64,000 bases of DNA, from the NCBI GenBank assembly GCA_017960525.1, contig JAGCZA010000049.1, positions 8,911 to 72,910 on the forward strand. The letters run 5' to 3'. Positions 8,692 through 17,658 of the stretch are shown piece by piece. A program made the position numbers and the translations under genes. The stretch is from Prevotella sp. GTDB taxonomy: Bacteria; Bacteroidota; Bacteroidia; Bacteroidales; Bacteroidaceae. Within the stretch, counting starts at the first letter, position 1. Each line of letters starts with the position of its first letter. Below the pieces are notes generated by a model, which did no database searches, was not told where the DNA came from, and was given only the letters and a program-made list of their open reading frames with translations.

Positions 8692-9537
8692 ATGAAGACT
8701 GGATATCTGTTTGGATTATTGTTTGTTTCTTTTTCGCTTGTCACTCCTGTTGGGGCGCAGAAGACGCTGACCATCCTGCACACCAACGACACCCACTCGT
8801 GCATTCTGCCCCTGAACAAGAATCTTGCCGATACCACCTTGGCCGGACGTGGCGGCTTCCTGAGACGCATAGCCCTGCTCAAAGAGGAGCGGCTGAAAGA
8901 CCCCGACCTGCTCTATTTCGACAGCGGCGATTTCTCGCAGGGCAGCAGCTACTACACCATGTTTCAGGGCGACGTGGAGATTGGGCTTATGAACCGTATG
9001 GGTGTTGATGCATCGACGATAGGGAACCATGAGTTCGACTTCGGGCTTGAGAATATGACTCGGTTGTTCCGCAAGGCCACCTTCCCCATTGTCTGTTCCA
9101 ACTACGACTTTGCTGACACGGAGTTGAAAGAGTTGGTGAAGCCATACATTGTCATCAAGCGCTGTGGCGTGAAGATTGGCGTCTTCGCCCTTTGCCCGCC
9201 ATTGGAGGGTCTGGTGTCAGCCAAGAACTATGGCTCGCTGCGTTTTCTGGATCCAGTAGAGGTGACGCAGCAGATGGTGGAGCTGCTGAAGGTCAGGAAG
9301 AAGTGCGACCTCGTTGTTTGCATCAGCCATCTGGGATGGGGAACTACCGAGTATCCCGACAACCGCATAATAGCTGCTACTAAGGGCGTAGACCTGGTGC
9401 TTGGCGGCCATAGTCACACCTATTTCAAGCAATTGGAGTATGTGGATAACGCCGATGGAAAAGCCGTTCCCGTCGACCAGAACGGAAAGCATGGCGCCTT
9501 TATCGGCAAGTTGCAGCTGACGCTGAAGAAACGGTAA
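8692..9537 (+). CDS. 5'-nucleotidase N-terminal metallophosphoesterase domain protein
   Basis: LHTNDTHS, DSGD, GNHEFD, SHLG and GGHSH motifs. Confidence 0.88.
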   Translation: MKTGYLFGLLFVSFSLVTPVGAQKTLTILHTNDTHSCILPLNKNLADTTLAGRGGFLRRIALLKEERLKDPDLLYFDSGDFSQGSSYYTMFQGDVEIGLMNRMGVDASTIGNHEFDFGLENMTRLFRKATFPIVCSNYDFADTELKELVKPYIVIKRCGVKIGVFALCPPLEGLVSAKNYGSLRFLDPVEVTQQMVELLKVRKKCDLVVCISHLGWGTTEYPDNRIIAATKGVDLVLGGHSHTYFKQLEYVDNADGKAVPVDQNGKHGAFIGKLQLTLKKR

Positions 9538-9549
9538 GAGACACGGGAA

Positions 9550-9577
9550 TAGGGGGTTCCCCAGAGGGCTCCCCCTA
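9550..9577. terminator. Hairpin between convergent genes
   Basis: TAGGGGG-TT-CCC-CAGA-GGG-CT-CCCCCTA. Confidence 0.5.
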
Positions 9578-9580
9578 CGC

Positions 9581-12500
9581 TTAATCTTCTATCAGTTCGT
9601 AGTCATCGTGGTCGCCGCTGGCAGCCCTCGCTTCGTCGCGGTATTTCGATGGGGTCATTCCAGTAATCTGCTGGAAGTGATGGGTGAAGTTGGCGGAGTC
9701 GGGGAATCCTGTGCTGAACGAAATGTCGGCAACGTTGTTGTTTGTCTGTTCCAACATTTCTTTGGCTTTCTCTATCCTGAAGTTTGTCAAAAGGTCTTTG
9801 GGTGTCAGGCCTTTGGCCTTCATCAGTTTTTCCTCCAGTTCTGCCCTTCCCATATTGAGGTGTGCTAGCAGCTGGTCGATTGAAAGTTTTTGCTTGGCAT
9901 AGTTTTGCTCCAGCCATTCGTTTACTTGCTTCATAAACTCGACGTTATCCTGGCTGCTGTCTGCGTTGTTAATACCCTTTGCGGATTTCTTCCCCCTGTT
10001 GCGCAGATAGTACTGCCTTCCGAAGAGGATTCCCACGCCGATGATGGCGGCGAGCAGCAAGTAGATCCAGATGGCACTCTTTGAGAACAGGAAAGCCGAT
10101 GGCACCACTATTGTGATTTCCTTCTGGTCGTACTTCTCAGGAGATTCGAGCAGGAAAGCCTTCACCTTCAGTTTGTAGGTGCCGGCAGGCAGGTCGGCGT
10201 ATGTGGCTGTGCGGTCTTTTGAGGCGTTGTTCCACTCGTCATCGTAGCCTTCGAGCATATACTGGTAGTGCACGCGGTGCTGCAATTGGTAGTTGAGCGA
10301 GACGAAACGCAATGCAAACTGGTCGTCGTGCGACGGCAGTTCGATGCTCTTTGCATCGGGCACGTAGAAGGGGAATACGCTTCCCTTGCGTGGGCTCTGA
10401 AGTTCTCCGTTGAGCCAGAAATCGGTAAACCTGAGCTTGAGCACCGATCCCGACGAGTTTTCCAGCTTCTGGCGGTCGATGCGGTAGTAGCCGTCGGTGG
10501 TTCCGAAGAGTATGATGTCGTTTGGCATGGTGACTGCTGACCCCTCGGAGCAGGTGGTCTCGTCTACGCCTTCCAGACTGGAAAACATAGAGAAGATGTT
10601 CTTCGAGGTGTCGAATGAGCAGATGATGTTGTCGGTGTCGAACCACACATTGCCCCTGTTGTCGAAAGTGATGCTCCTGATTTCCTCAGACGGCAGTCCG
10701 TCTTTGGAGCCAAAGTGTTCAAAGAGCCAGCAGCCCTCGCTGTCCTTGCCAATGGTGTGGGCCAGTCCGCCACCATTGGTGCCAACCCAGATGCCTCCCT
10801 GTTTGTCGTTTCCCAGACAGACCACGTCGTTTGAGAGTAATATCTTTTCTGGTTCTTCTTCTGAGTTCTGTAGCTGTTCAATAGTCACTCTGCCACTTTT
10901 ATACGACATTATTAGTATGCCGTCGGTGGTGCCTGCCCACACTTTTCCTTCCTTGTCGATGGCCAGGTCTCTCACTTTCATGAAATTGTGGTGCGGATAG
11001 CCTCTCATCTTGTTCTTTGGACTGAGGAATGTGTGTGTGTCTTTCACCAGCATATTCACGCCTCCGCCATAGGTGGCCACCCAGATGTTGCCTTCAGCAT
11101 CTTCCACCGCGTTGTAGGCGCGGTTGTCGCTGAGCGATTCCGAGTTGTCTTCTTCGTGCTGGTAGTTTTTCATACTGTATCTGCCACCTTCATAGAGTGT
11201 CATCTTGAAGAGGCCGTAGTCTTTCGACGACAGCCAGTAGTTGCCTTTCGAGTCTTTCATAATGCCGTAGATGCGGCCCAGCGGTTTTCCCTTCTCGTCG
11301 TTCCTGATGATAGTTTTTGAGCCGTTGGCATCGAAGACGAAGAGCATACTGTTCTTGTTGGCCATGAGTAGCAGCTTGCGTTCCTGGTCGTAGTATAGTC
11401 CGCGAATCTCATTGTCAAGCGTGGTGGTGGCATCTGGAACAGGGCGTATGCGCTCGATGGTCTTGTTTATGATTTCGAGCTTCTCCATTCCCCTCCTGAT
11501 GGTCGACTCCCAGACCACACCCTCGTTTAGTTCAAGTTGGGCGTTCATGGTGTTCGACAGGTTCCAAGGGTTTTCCGGGTCGTTGTGGAAATAGTGAATC
11601 TTGTCCTCCTCACGGTTGTAGTAGCCATAGCCGCCCTTGTTCATACGTACCCACACGATACCGTTTGTCTCTGAGAAGAATGCTCCCCAGCTGTCGTAGT
11701 CGGGCACTCTCACATCCTGTGTGAAGAATTTCTCGTCATTCGTTGCGCCGACAATGAGTCTGGAAGCTCCCATCCTGCTGTCGGCAAACCATATCAGTCC
11801 GTGGCTGTCTACAAAAATGGAAATGACGGGCAGCCCGCCCTGTCGGATAATGCTTGGTTCCTGTCCGTATGAAAATGTGACAATTTTTCCTGACTGTGTG
11901 CCGGCGAAGATATTGTAGCCATTGGAGTACAGGCAGGAAATCTTCTCGTCCAAGAAGATGCCTTTCCGCTCGATGGTGAGGTTGCTGGCATCCAGGCGGT
12001 GTATGCCCTCGTTGGTGCCCAGCCAGATGTCGTTCTGGTAGCCCTCGGCCATTGAGGTGACGTTGAGTCCGGCTGTGGTGATGAGCTGTGCGCTGATGTT
12101 GTCCTGTTCAACCCTCATCTTGTAGATGCCCACGTTGTCAACAGTCACGAGCACATCGCCGTTGCTGGTCACGGTGATGGGGGTGCTGACGCGGAACTCG
12201 TCGCTGCCGTTCACGTTTTCAAACGGATTGACGAAGCAGTCGTTGCTCCTTTTCACCACGAAGATGCGCTGGTCGTACATACGCATCCAGACGTTCTGCT
12301 GGTTGTCGATGGCAATGTCCCATATACGGTTGTGCAGATTGGGGATGTGGCTTGCCGGTCCTGTCTGGTAGTTATAGAAGTTGTAGCCATCGAAGCGCGA
12401 CAGTCCGTTCCAGGTGGCAATCCACAAGTAGCCGTAGCCATCTTGTTTTATCTGCGCAATAGAGTTACTTGCCAGCCCGTCCTCTGTTGAGTAGTGCGAC

Positions 12501-12592
12501 AGTTTTGCCTGCAGTTGCTGGGCTGTGGCAGTATTTCCGCCAATGGCGAGTAGTGCTGTTAATGCCAGTAGTTTGGCCTTTCCTAATTTCAT
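9581..12592 (-). CDS. Membrane-spanning AraC regulator with HTCS-type beta-propeller/Y_Y_Y sensor (no kinase or receiver domain)
   Basis: Reg_prop repeats (WIATWNG, WLGTNEG, WVGTNGGG), Y_Y_Y (YQYMLEGYD..TYADLPAGTY), one TM, AraC HTH (IADISFSTGFPDSANFTHHFQQITGMTPSKYR equivalent). Confidence 0.85.
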   Translation of the reverse strand: MKLGKAKLLALTALLAIGGNTATAQQLQAKLSHYSTEDGLASNSIAQIKQDGYGYLWIATWNGLSRFDGYNFYNYQTGPASHIPNLHNRIWDIAIDNQQNVWMRMYDQRIFVVKRSNDCFVNPFENVNGSDEFRVSTPITVTSNGDVLVTVDNVGIYKMRVEQDNISAQLITTAGLNVTSMAEGYQNDIWLGTNEGIHRLDASNLTIERKGIFLDEKISCLYSNGYNIFAGTQSGKIVTFSYGQEPSIIRQGGLPVISIFVDSHGLIWFADSRMGASRLIVGATNDEKFFTQDVRVPDYDSWGAFFSETNGIVWVRMNKGGYGYYNREEDKIHYFHNDPENPWNLSNTMNAQLELNEGVVWESTIRRGMEKLEIINKTIERIRPVPDATTTLDNEIRGLYYDQERKLLLMANKNSMLFVFDANGSKTIIRNDEKGKPLGRIYGIMKDSKGNYWLSSKDYGLFKMTLYEGGRYSMKNYQHEEDNSESLSDNRAYNAVEDAEGNIWVATYGGGVNMLVKDTHTFLSPKNKMRGYPHHNFMKVRDLAIDKEGKVWAGTTDGILIMSYKSGRVTIEQLQNSEEEPEKILLSNDVVCLGNDKQGGIWVGTNGGGLAHTIGKDSEGCWLFEHFGSKDGLPSEEIRSITFDNRGNVWFDTDNIICSFDTSKNIFSMFSSLEGVDETTCSEGSAVTMPNDIILFGTTDGYYRIDRQKLENSSGSVLKLRFTDFWLNGELQSPRKGSVFPFYVPDAKSIELPSHDDQFALRFVSLNYQLQHRVHYQYMLEGYDDEWNNASKDRTATYADLPAGTYKLKVKAFLLESPEKYDQKEITIVVPSAFLFSKSAIWIYLLLAAIIGVGILFGRQYYLRNRGKKSAKGINNADSSQDNVEFMKQVNEWLEQNYAKQKLSIDQLLAHLNMGRAELEEKLMKAKGLTPKDLLTNFRIEKAKEMLEQTNNNVADISFSTGFPDSANFTHHFQQITGMTPSKYRDEARAASGDHDDYELIED

Positions 12593-12657
12593 TTCTTGCT
12601 GTGTTTTTTACTTTTCAGGGCATAAAGGTACGCTTTTTTTCCGATACTGCCTCAGAA

Positions 12658-13797
12658 TTAAACTTTTTTAATATGCTTGGGGGTTGCACTAAGCTCTATT
12701 CTGAAGGTTGTGCCTCTCCCCACTTCAGAGTTCTTCACGTATATTCGGCCCTTGTGATACTCTTCCACGATGCGTTTGGCCAGCGACAGGCCAAGGCCCC
12801 ATCCGCGTTTCTTGGTGGTGAAGCCGGGGCGGAACACATTCTTCACGTTTTTCTTTTTGATACCCTTGCCCGTATCTGCCACCTCGATGGCCACAATGTC
12901 GTCTTCTTCCAGCAGCCACAAGTCTATGCGCCCGCCGCCGCCTTCCATAGCGTCGACGGCGTTTTTGCATAGGTTTTCAACCACCCATTCAAAGAGCGAA
13001 GCGTTCATCCTGACGATGACATCGTGGTCGGGATAGTGGCCGCGAATGGCCACTTTCTGCGAGGTGCGCTTGTCCATGTAGGCAATGACGCGGTCGAGCA
13101 CCTGGTTCATCGACGCCTCGACGGGTTCTGGCAGCGACCCTATTTTCGAGAATCGGTCGGCTATGAGTTCCAGCCGCTTCACGTCTTTTTCCATTTCGGG
13201 TATAAGGTCGTCGTCGGGATAGTTCTCGCGCAGCACTTCCACCCACGCCATCAGCGACGAGATAGGCGTACCCAACTGGTGGGCGGTCTCTTTCGACAGA
13301 CCCACCCACACCTTGTTCTGCTCGGCGCGTTTCGAGGCCAGCAGCGCAACGATGGCCACGACCACGAAGATGAAAGCGATGCCCAGCGCCCAGTAAGGGT
13401 AGAGTCGGAGCCGTCGGAGCATAGTCGACTCGTCGTAGCAGAGCAGCTGGAAGTCACTGATGCGTATGGAGTCGCCGTTGGCCTTCATACGCTGTGCTAC
13501 GTCTGTGGTATCGTCGATGTTGCGGAAGTCCAGCAGTCGGCCGCTGTTGTCGAGCACCACCACGGGGATAGTGTTGTTGCCTTCTATGACCTTCATCACC
13601 AGCGAGAGGTCGGTCTGCTCGTCGGCCTCGGTGAAGACGCGCATGGCTTCTGCCCATACCTCCATACGGCCTTGCTCCTCACGCTGCAGATCGCGCACCA
13701 GATAGTGGGAAACCAGCAGCGAGGCGACGGCAATTACTGCCGCCGCCGCGACCAGCCAGATTTTCACCTGGCGCATCCGGTCTGTCCACTGCTTCAT
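12658..13797 (-). CDS. Orphan sensor histidine kinase (resembles PorY-type Bacteroidota kinases)
   Basis: Two TMs, H-box ETAHQLGTP, N-box ENLCKNA, DTGKG and GWGLGL. Confidence 0.85.
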   Translation of the reverse strand: MKQWTDRMRQVKIWLVAAAAVIAVASLLVSHYLVRDLQREEQGRMEVWAEAMRVFTEADEQTDLSLVMKVIEGNNTIPVVVLDNSGRLLDFRNIDDTTDVAQRMKANGDSIRISDFQLLCYDESTMLRRLRLYPYWALGIAFIFVVVAIVALLASKRAEQNKVWVGLSKETAHQLGTPISSLMAWVEVLRENYPDDDLIPEMEKDVKRLELIADRFSKIGSLPEPVEASMNQVLDRVIAYMDKRTSQKVAIRGHYPDHDVIVRMNASLFEWVVENLCKNAVDAMEGGGGRIDLWLLEEDDIVAIEVADTGKGIKKKNVKNVFRPGFTTKKRGWGLGLSLAKRIVEEYHKGRIYVKNSEVGRGTTFRIELSATPKHIKKV

Positions 13798-13819
13798 TGT
13801 CTGGGCTTGTAGTTTGTTG

Positions 13820-14884
13820 TCAGAATATCATTTCAGACATTATGGTGAGCACGAATGAAATGTCGGCCACGTCTACATTTCCATCGCCATTGACATCTGC
13901 GACCATGTCTGGATTTTCATTTGCCATCTGGGTTAATATGGACGATATGTCGGCCACGTCGGCTGTGCCGTCGCCGTTGACATCGCCCGTCGGCTTGTTC
14001 ATTGTCATAATGACTGTTGCCGGGCGTATGATTTTCTCGTCGGGTGTGACGAGCAGAATGTTGTCCATACTGACGATTTCATTGTCTTTCACGTCGTTGT
14101 CGACCACCAGCTTGATATTGATGATGTCGCCCTCATTGCCGGCGAGCAGCGAGTTGGACGTCGATGCCATTAGTACGCGCAGACGCTTTTCCGAAGCTTT
14201 GGCGTAGAGTGTGTGGTAGCGCCAGCTTGTGCGTCCGGCAATGTCGTAGGCATCTGTGGTGGTCTTTAAAGCAACGCCCTTTGGCAGTATGAGGTCAAAC
14301 TGCACGAGTGTGATGTCATCGTCGGTGTTTGCCAGCCCGATGGTTAGCGTCTGTTCCGATTCGGGTATTGGCAGGAGTTTCGACTTGAAGTAGAGCGTCG
14401 ACTCCACCTGGGGTGTGAGTCCCACGCTGATGGTGTAGTCGCTCTGCCGGATGGCTGTCTCGTCGGAGCTGGAAATGAGTATGTTTTCCAGGCTGATGTT
14501 TCCGTTGACGAATGTGTTGTCGGCCTTCAGTATAACCTTGATGATGGCTCCGCTGTGGTTGTTGATGGCGTAGTTGCCGCTCGACGAGAGCGTGAACCTC
14601 GTGATGCCGTCGGTGGTGATGGCCGTCAGGTTCTGGTAGCGCCAGCTGGTGCGTCCGGCCATATCGTAGCCCGCCTCGCCCTCTTTCATCTTCACGCCGT
14701 CGGGCAGTCGCAAATCGAACTGAACTGTTGTGACCTCGGTATCTGGGTTTGTCAGGTCTATGAGCATCTGTTTTTCTTCGCCAGGCAGGATGTTAAACTC
14801 TTCTATTGACAGGCTGGCTTCTGCTCTGGTGGCCATCGGCAGCATCAATGCCAGCGTAAATGCGAACAAAAATATCTTTTTCAT
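13820..14884 (-). CDS. Secreted protein with two cohesin-like domains and a C-terminal dockerin
   Basis: Signal peptide MKKIFLFAF; two internal repeats sharing VQFDL.LP.GV and YD.AGRTSWRY; duplicated DVNGDG..DVAD at 13820-13987. Confidence 0.7.
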   Translation of the reverse strand: MKKIFLFAFTLALMLPMATRAEASLSIEEFNILPGEEKQMLIDLTNPDTEVTTVQFDLRLPDGVKMKEGEAGYDMAGRTSWRYQNLTAITTDGITRFTLSSSGNYAINNHSGAIIKVILKADNTFVNGNISLENILISSSDETAIRQSDYTISVGLTPQVESTLYFKSKLLPIPESEQTLTIGLANTDDDITLVQFDLILPKGVALKTTTDAYDIAGRTSWRYHTLYAKASEKRLRVLMASTSNSLLAGNEGDIINIKLVVDNDVKDNEIVSMDNILLVTPDEKIIRPATVIMTMNKPTGDVNGDGTADVADISSILTQMANENPDMVADVNGDGNVDVADISFVLTIMSEMIF

Positions 14885-14928
14885 ATTCGGTGTGTTCTGT
14901 TTAATCGGTGTGTTAAATAGATGTGGCA

Positions 14929-16893
14929 TCACTCCAGGGTGATGTTTACCAATTCGTCATAGTCGGCTGTGTCCACCAAACCGTCGCCGTTAATGTCGGC
15001 AGCGTTGTCTTTTGGCCTTTTGCCAATCAGCATATTGGCCAGTGCCACCAGGTCGGCACCGTCCACCAAGTCGTCTCCATTCAGGTCGCCCACTTTATTA
15101 GGAACAATGTTCTCGTCTACCCCCTCATATACAATTTCGTTGGCGTTCCTGGTGGTGATTTTTATTATATTGGTGTTTTGCGAGGGTACGAAGTGGAACC
15201 ACACTTTGGCTTTTTCGCCAGCCCCCACGTAGTAACCGTTTCCTGACACGACGATGCCTTCCTGATGGAGCCACAGTTCGCCGTTGTATTCCGACCCCAT
15301 ATTTTCCAGAGTGACTTCCAGTTCGCACAGCTGGCCGGGTTTGCGGCCTGTGGTGTACGAAAGGTCAGTTACGTTCAGATGGGTGTGCGGGCACTGGGTG
15401 AGCGTCAGAGTGTTGCCTGCAATGTGGGCGGAAATGTAGCGCAAGTCGCTGCCCACGGTGGTTTTCCAGTAGTTGGTGCCAGCCTCTGAGCAGACGAGCA
15501 CAATGCGATAGTCGCCGTCGGCCACGGTTGGGTCAATAGTGATCGTGTTGGTCAGCTTGACGTATTGGAGAGGCTGAAAGTTGTGGGCCTGCTGATAGAC
15601 GAAGAGCACCTTCACGATGTCGTTGCCCTTTACCAGCCCCAGGCCAAAGTCGGCCTCGTAGTTGCTGGTCATGGCGTTGAGCAGTTCCCAATAAATGCTG
15701 ATGCCGGTGAAGCCGTAGGCATTACGCTCAATCTGGTTGTTGCTTTTCAACTGTATGTCGCGTGTGGAGAGGTTCTTTTCCTCTTTGTATGTGGTGCCCG
15801 ATTGGTAGGGCTGCAAGTCGATGAGCATCTCCTGAGAGCGTGAATAGCCGTCGCGCAGTGTGACCCCGTCGGGCTTGCCGTCGGCCACGGCCAGCAGGAA
15901 GTAGCCGTCGCAGTTGGCCCTTGTCCAGCCCCAGTTGATGTGGTAGGTGCCGTCAGTATTGTAGCCGTCCACAACGAAGCTGTGTCCGGCATTGCTCGAC
16001 GTGACGCCCGAATAGAGTAGGGGGCGTCCGGCTTCCATCTCGGTGTAAGCTATTTGGTCCCATTGTGCTGCACCGTACGAGGCACGTATCATGCGGCGGG
16101 CCGTTGGCGCATAGTCAAAGTATTCGGCCAGAACTGCTGGCACTTCGTTGCCTGCGGCTTCGGTCAGGGTGGAGGAGTAGTCGGCCTTGATGGCCGCTCC
16201 GCAATAGGCTATGAGCTTGGCCGCTCCGTCGGTCTCCATATTGCCCCAGGGGAAGGAGGTGACGGGCTTTTCGGGCACGCCAATACCGTATTTCTTGGTG
16301 TTGTAGGCCGGTATAGCCTTCGTGGTGGCAGTCGGGTGGCGATGGTACGACATAATCTGGGCGATGGCCACTGGCACACAGCCGCCCATGCTGTTCTGCC
16401 CGTTGTGGTAGGGGCATTGGCTGTTGTAGGGCGCATGCTGGTTCCAATGGGTAGTCACCATTGGGGCAATGTTGTGGCGGTTGGCGGCTGATGCAGCTGC
16501 AACGGGCGTGCCTCCTTGGCCGAGCAAGGCAATCTCTTCGGCCATCCACTCCATCCATGCCTTCAGAGCAGGAGGCGTGGTCTCGTCGTCGCCGAGCGAA
16601 CCGCTGTCGGCATAGCCCAGTATGGCGGGTGTGCGGTCGTCAGCTGAGACGATGACGAAGCCCTCGCCGGAGCCGATGTTGAAGCCGTAGAGCTGTGGTG
16701 TCTCCACCGCCAGTTGCAGCGGCTGCAGTGCCTGCTGACGGCGGTGATGGTTGCTGTTGGCACTATGGTTCATCAGAGCCAGTTGGGCCAGTGCCTTTTG
16801 GCGGGCCTGCTCTTTGTCAATGGGGGCAGCCGAGAGGGCCAGCGAAAACAAGGCCAGCGCCAGGGTTCCCAAAAATCTTTGTTTCATATTCAT
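14929..16893 (-). CDS. C10 (streptopain-like) cysteine protease with prodomain and C-terminal dockerin
   Basis: GFVIVSADD prodomain, WNQ..PYN, GCVPVAIAQIM (Cys), GHSFVVDGY (His), INWGW; dockerin at 14929-15090. Confidence 0.88.
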   Translation of the reverse strand: MNMKQRFLGTLALALFSLALSAAPIDKEQARQKALAQLALMNHSANSNHHRRQQALQPLQLAVETPQLYGFNIGSGEGFVIVSADDRTPAILGYADSGSLGDDETTPPALKAWMEWMAEEIALLGQGGTPVAAASAANRHNIAPMVTTHWNQHAPYNSQCPYHNGQNSMGGCVPVAIAQIMSYHRHPTATTKAIPAYNTKKYGIGVPEKPVTSFPWGNMETDGAAKLIAYCGAAIKADYSSTLTEAAGNEVPAVLAEYFDYAPTARRMIRASYGAAQWDQIAYTEMEAGRPLLYSGVTSSNAGHSFVVDGYNTDGTYHINWGWTRANCDGYFLLAVADGKPDGVTLRDGYSRSQEMLIDLQPYQSGTTYKEEKNLSTRDIQLKSNNQIERNAYGFTGISIYWELLNAMTSNYEADFGLGLVKGNDIVKVLFVYQQAHNFQPLQYVKLTNTITIDPTVADGDYRIVLVCSEAGTNYWKTTVGSDLRYISAHIAGNTLTLTQCPHTHLNVTDLSYTTGRKPGQLCELEVTLENMGSEYNGELWLHQEGIVVSGNGYYVGAGEKAKVWFHFVPSQNTNIIKITTRNANEIVYEGVDENIVPNKVGDLNGDDLVDGADLVALANMLIGKRPKDNAADINGDGLVDTADYDELVNITLE

Positions 16894-16916
16894 TCTTTAT
16901 AGTTGGTTTCTGACAG

Positions 16917-17333
16917 TTATTGTTGGCATTTGTCACATATTCCTTTCACTATATAGCTGGCCGAGGTCATACTGAACCCTTGGGGCAGTTCTACTGGCGG
17001 CACCGCCATCTGTTCGAAGCAGAACGTGCGTTGGCACTGCTCGCAGAAGAAGTGTACGTGCAGGTCATCGTCGTGCTGCGTGCTGTGGCTGTGGCACAGT
17101 TCGTAGCGCGTGCCTGCCGATCCGTCGTCGATGGTGTGCACCAGGTGGTGGTCGCGGAAGAGCGTCAGGGTGCGGAATACGCCCGACTTGTCAATCGACA
17201 GTATCTGGTATTCCAGCTCCGAGAGGGTGAGTGGCCGCTGGGCCAAGGCCAAGGCCCTCGCCACCACTATCCGGTTGGCTGTGGGTTTGACGCCGTGGCT
17301 TTCCAGCAGAGTGCTACATTCCTCGTGTGTCAT
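16917..17333 (-). CDS. Fur-family metal-responsive regulator
   Basis: GVKPTANR, VFRTLTLF, HVHFFCEQC and GICDKC (two CxxC). Confidence 0.88.
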   Translation of the reverse strand: MTHEECSTLLESHGVKPTANRIVVARALALAQRPLTLSELEYQILSIDKSGVFRTLTLFRDHHLVHTIDDGSAGTRYELCHSHSTQHDDDLHVHFFCEQCQRTFCFEQMAVPPVELPQGFSMTSASYIVKGICDKCQQ

Positions 17334-17353
17334 TCATTTCGTGTTTACGCCTG

Positions 17354-17385
17354 CAAAATTAGTTGTTTTTTTTGAAACCTCCAAA
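17354..17385 (-). promoter_or_regulatory. Promoter (fur-family gene)
   Basis: TTTG-20 nt-TAATTTTG. Confidence 0.7.
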
Positions 17386-17444
17386 AAAAAAAGATACTCT
17401 TTTCCGTCGGCCTCCTGTTCAGCCATTATCGGGCTTCTGAAAAA

Positions 17445-17522
17445 GGACGAACCAGACTCTGAGTTTGGACGAACCAAAGTAGGAGTTTGGACGAACCAAA
17501 CTCCTGGTTTGGACGAACCAAA
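17445..17522 (+). repeat. Four-unit 22-bp array, core TTTGGACGAACCAAA
   Basis: GGACG at 17445, 17467, 17489 and 17511. Confidence 0.92.
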
Positions 17523-17600
17523 CTTTTGGGCTTAAAAGAGGGGGTAGAAAAGCAGGGGGCGGCTTTTTGCTTTTTTTAGCGTGCTTCCGTTGCGAAAACA

Positions 17601-17632
17601 TTTGGCCATATCGTGGGAAATGTGTAATTTTG
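17601..17632 (+). promoter_or_regulatory. Promoter (exbB operon)
   Basis: TTTG-20 nt-TAATTTTG. Confidence 0.7.
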
Positions 17633-17658
17633 CCGCGAGTTTTATTGAAAATTGAATA

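Noticed and set aside
7904-9537. Split, reverse-ordered 5'-nucleotidase as a novelty or pseudogene
   Set aside because: Both halves have their own signal peptides, and the two-gene form is common in Bacteroidota.
17445-17522. 22-bp arrays as a CRISPR array
   Set aside because: Repeats of 15 bp and spacers of 7 bp are far too short, spacers are related to each other, and no cas genes are present.
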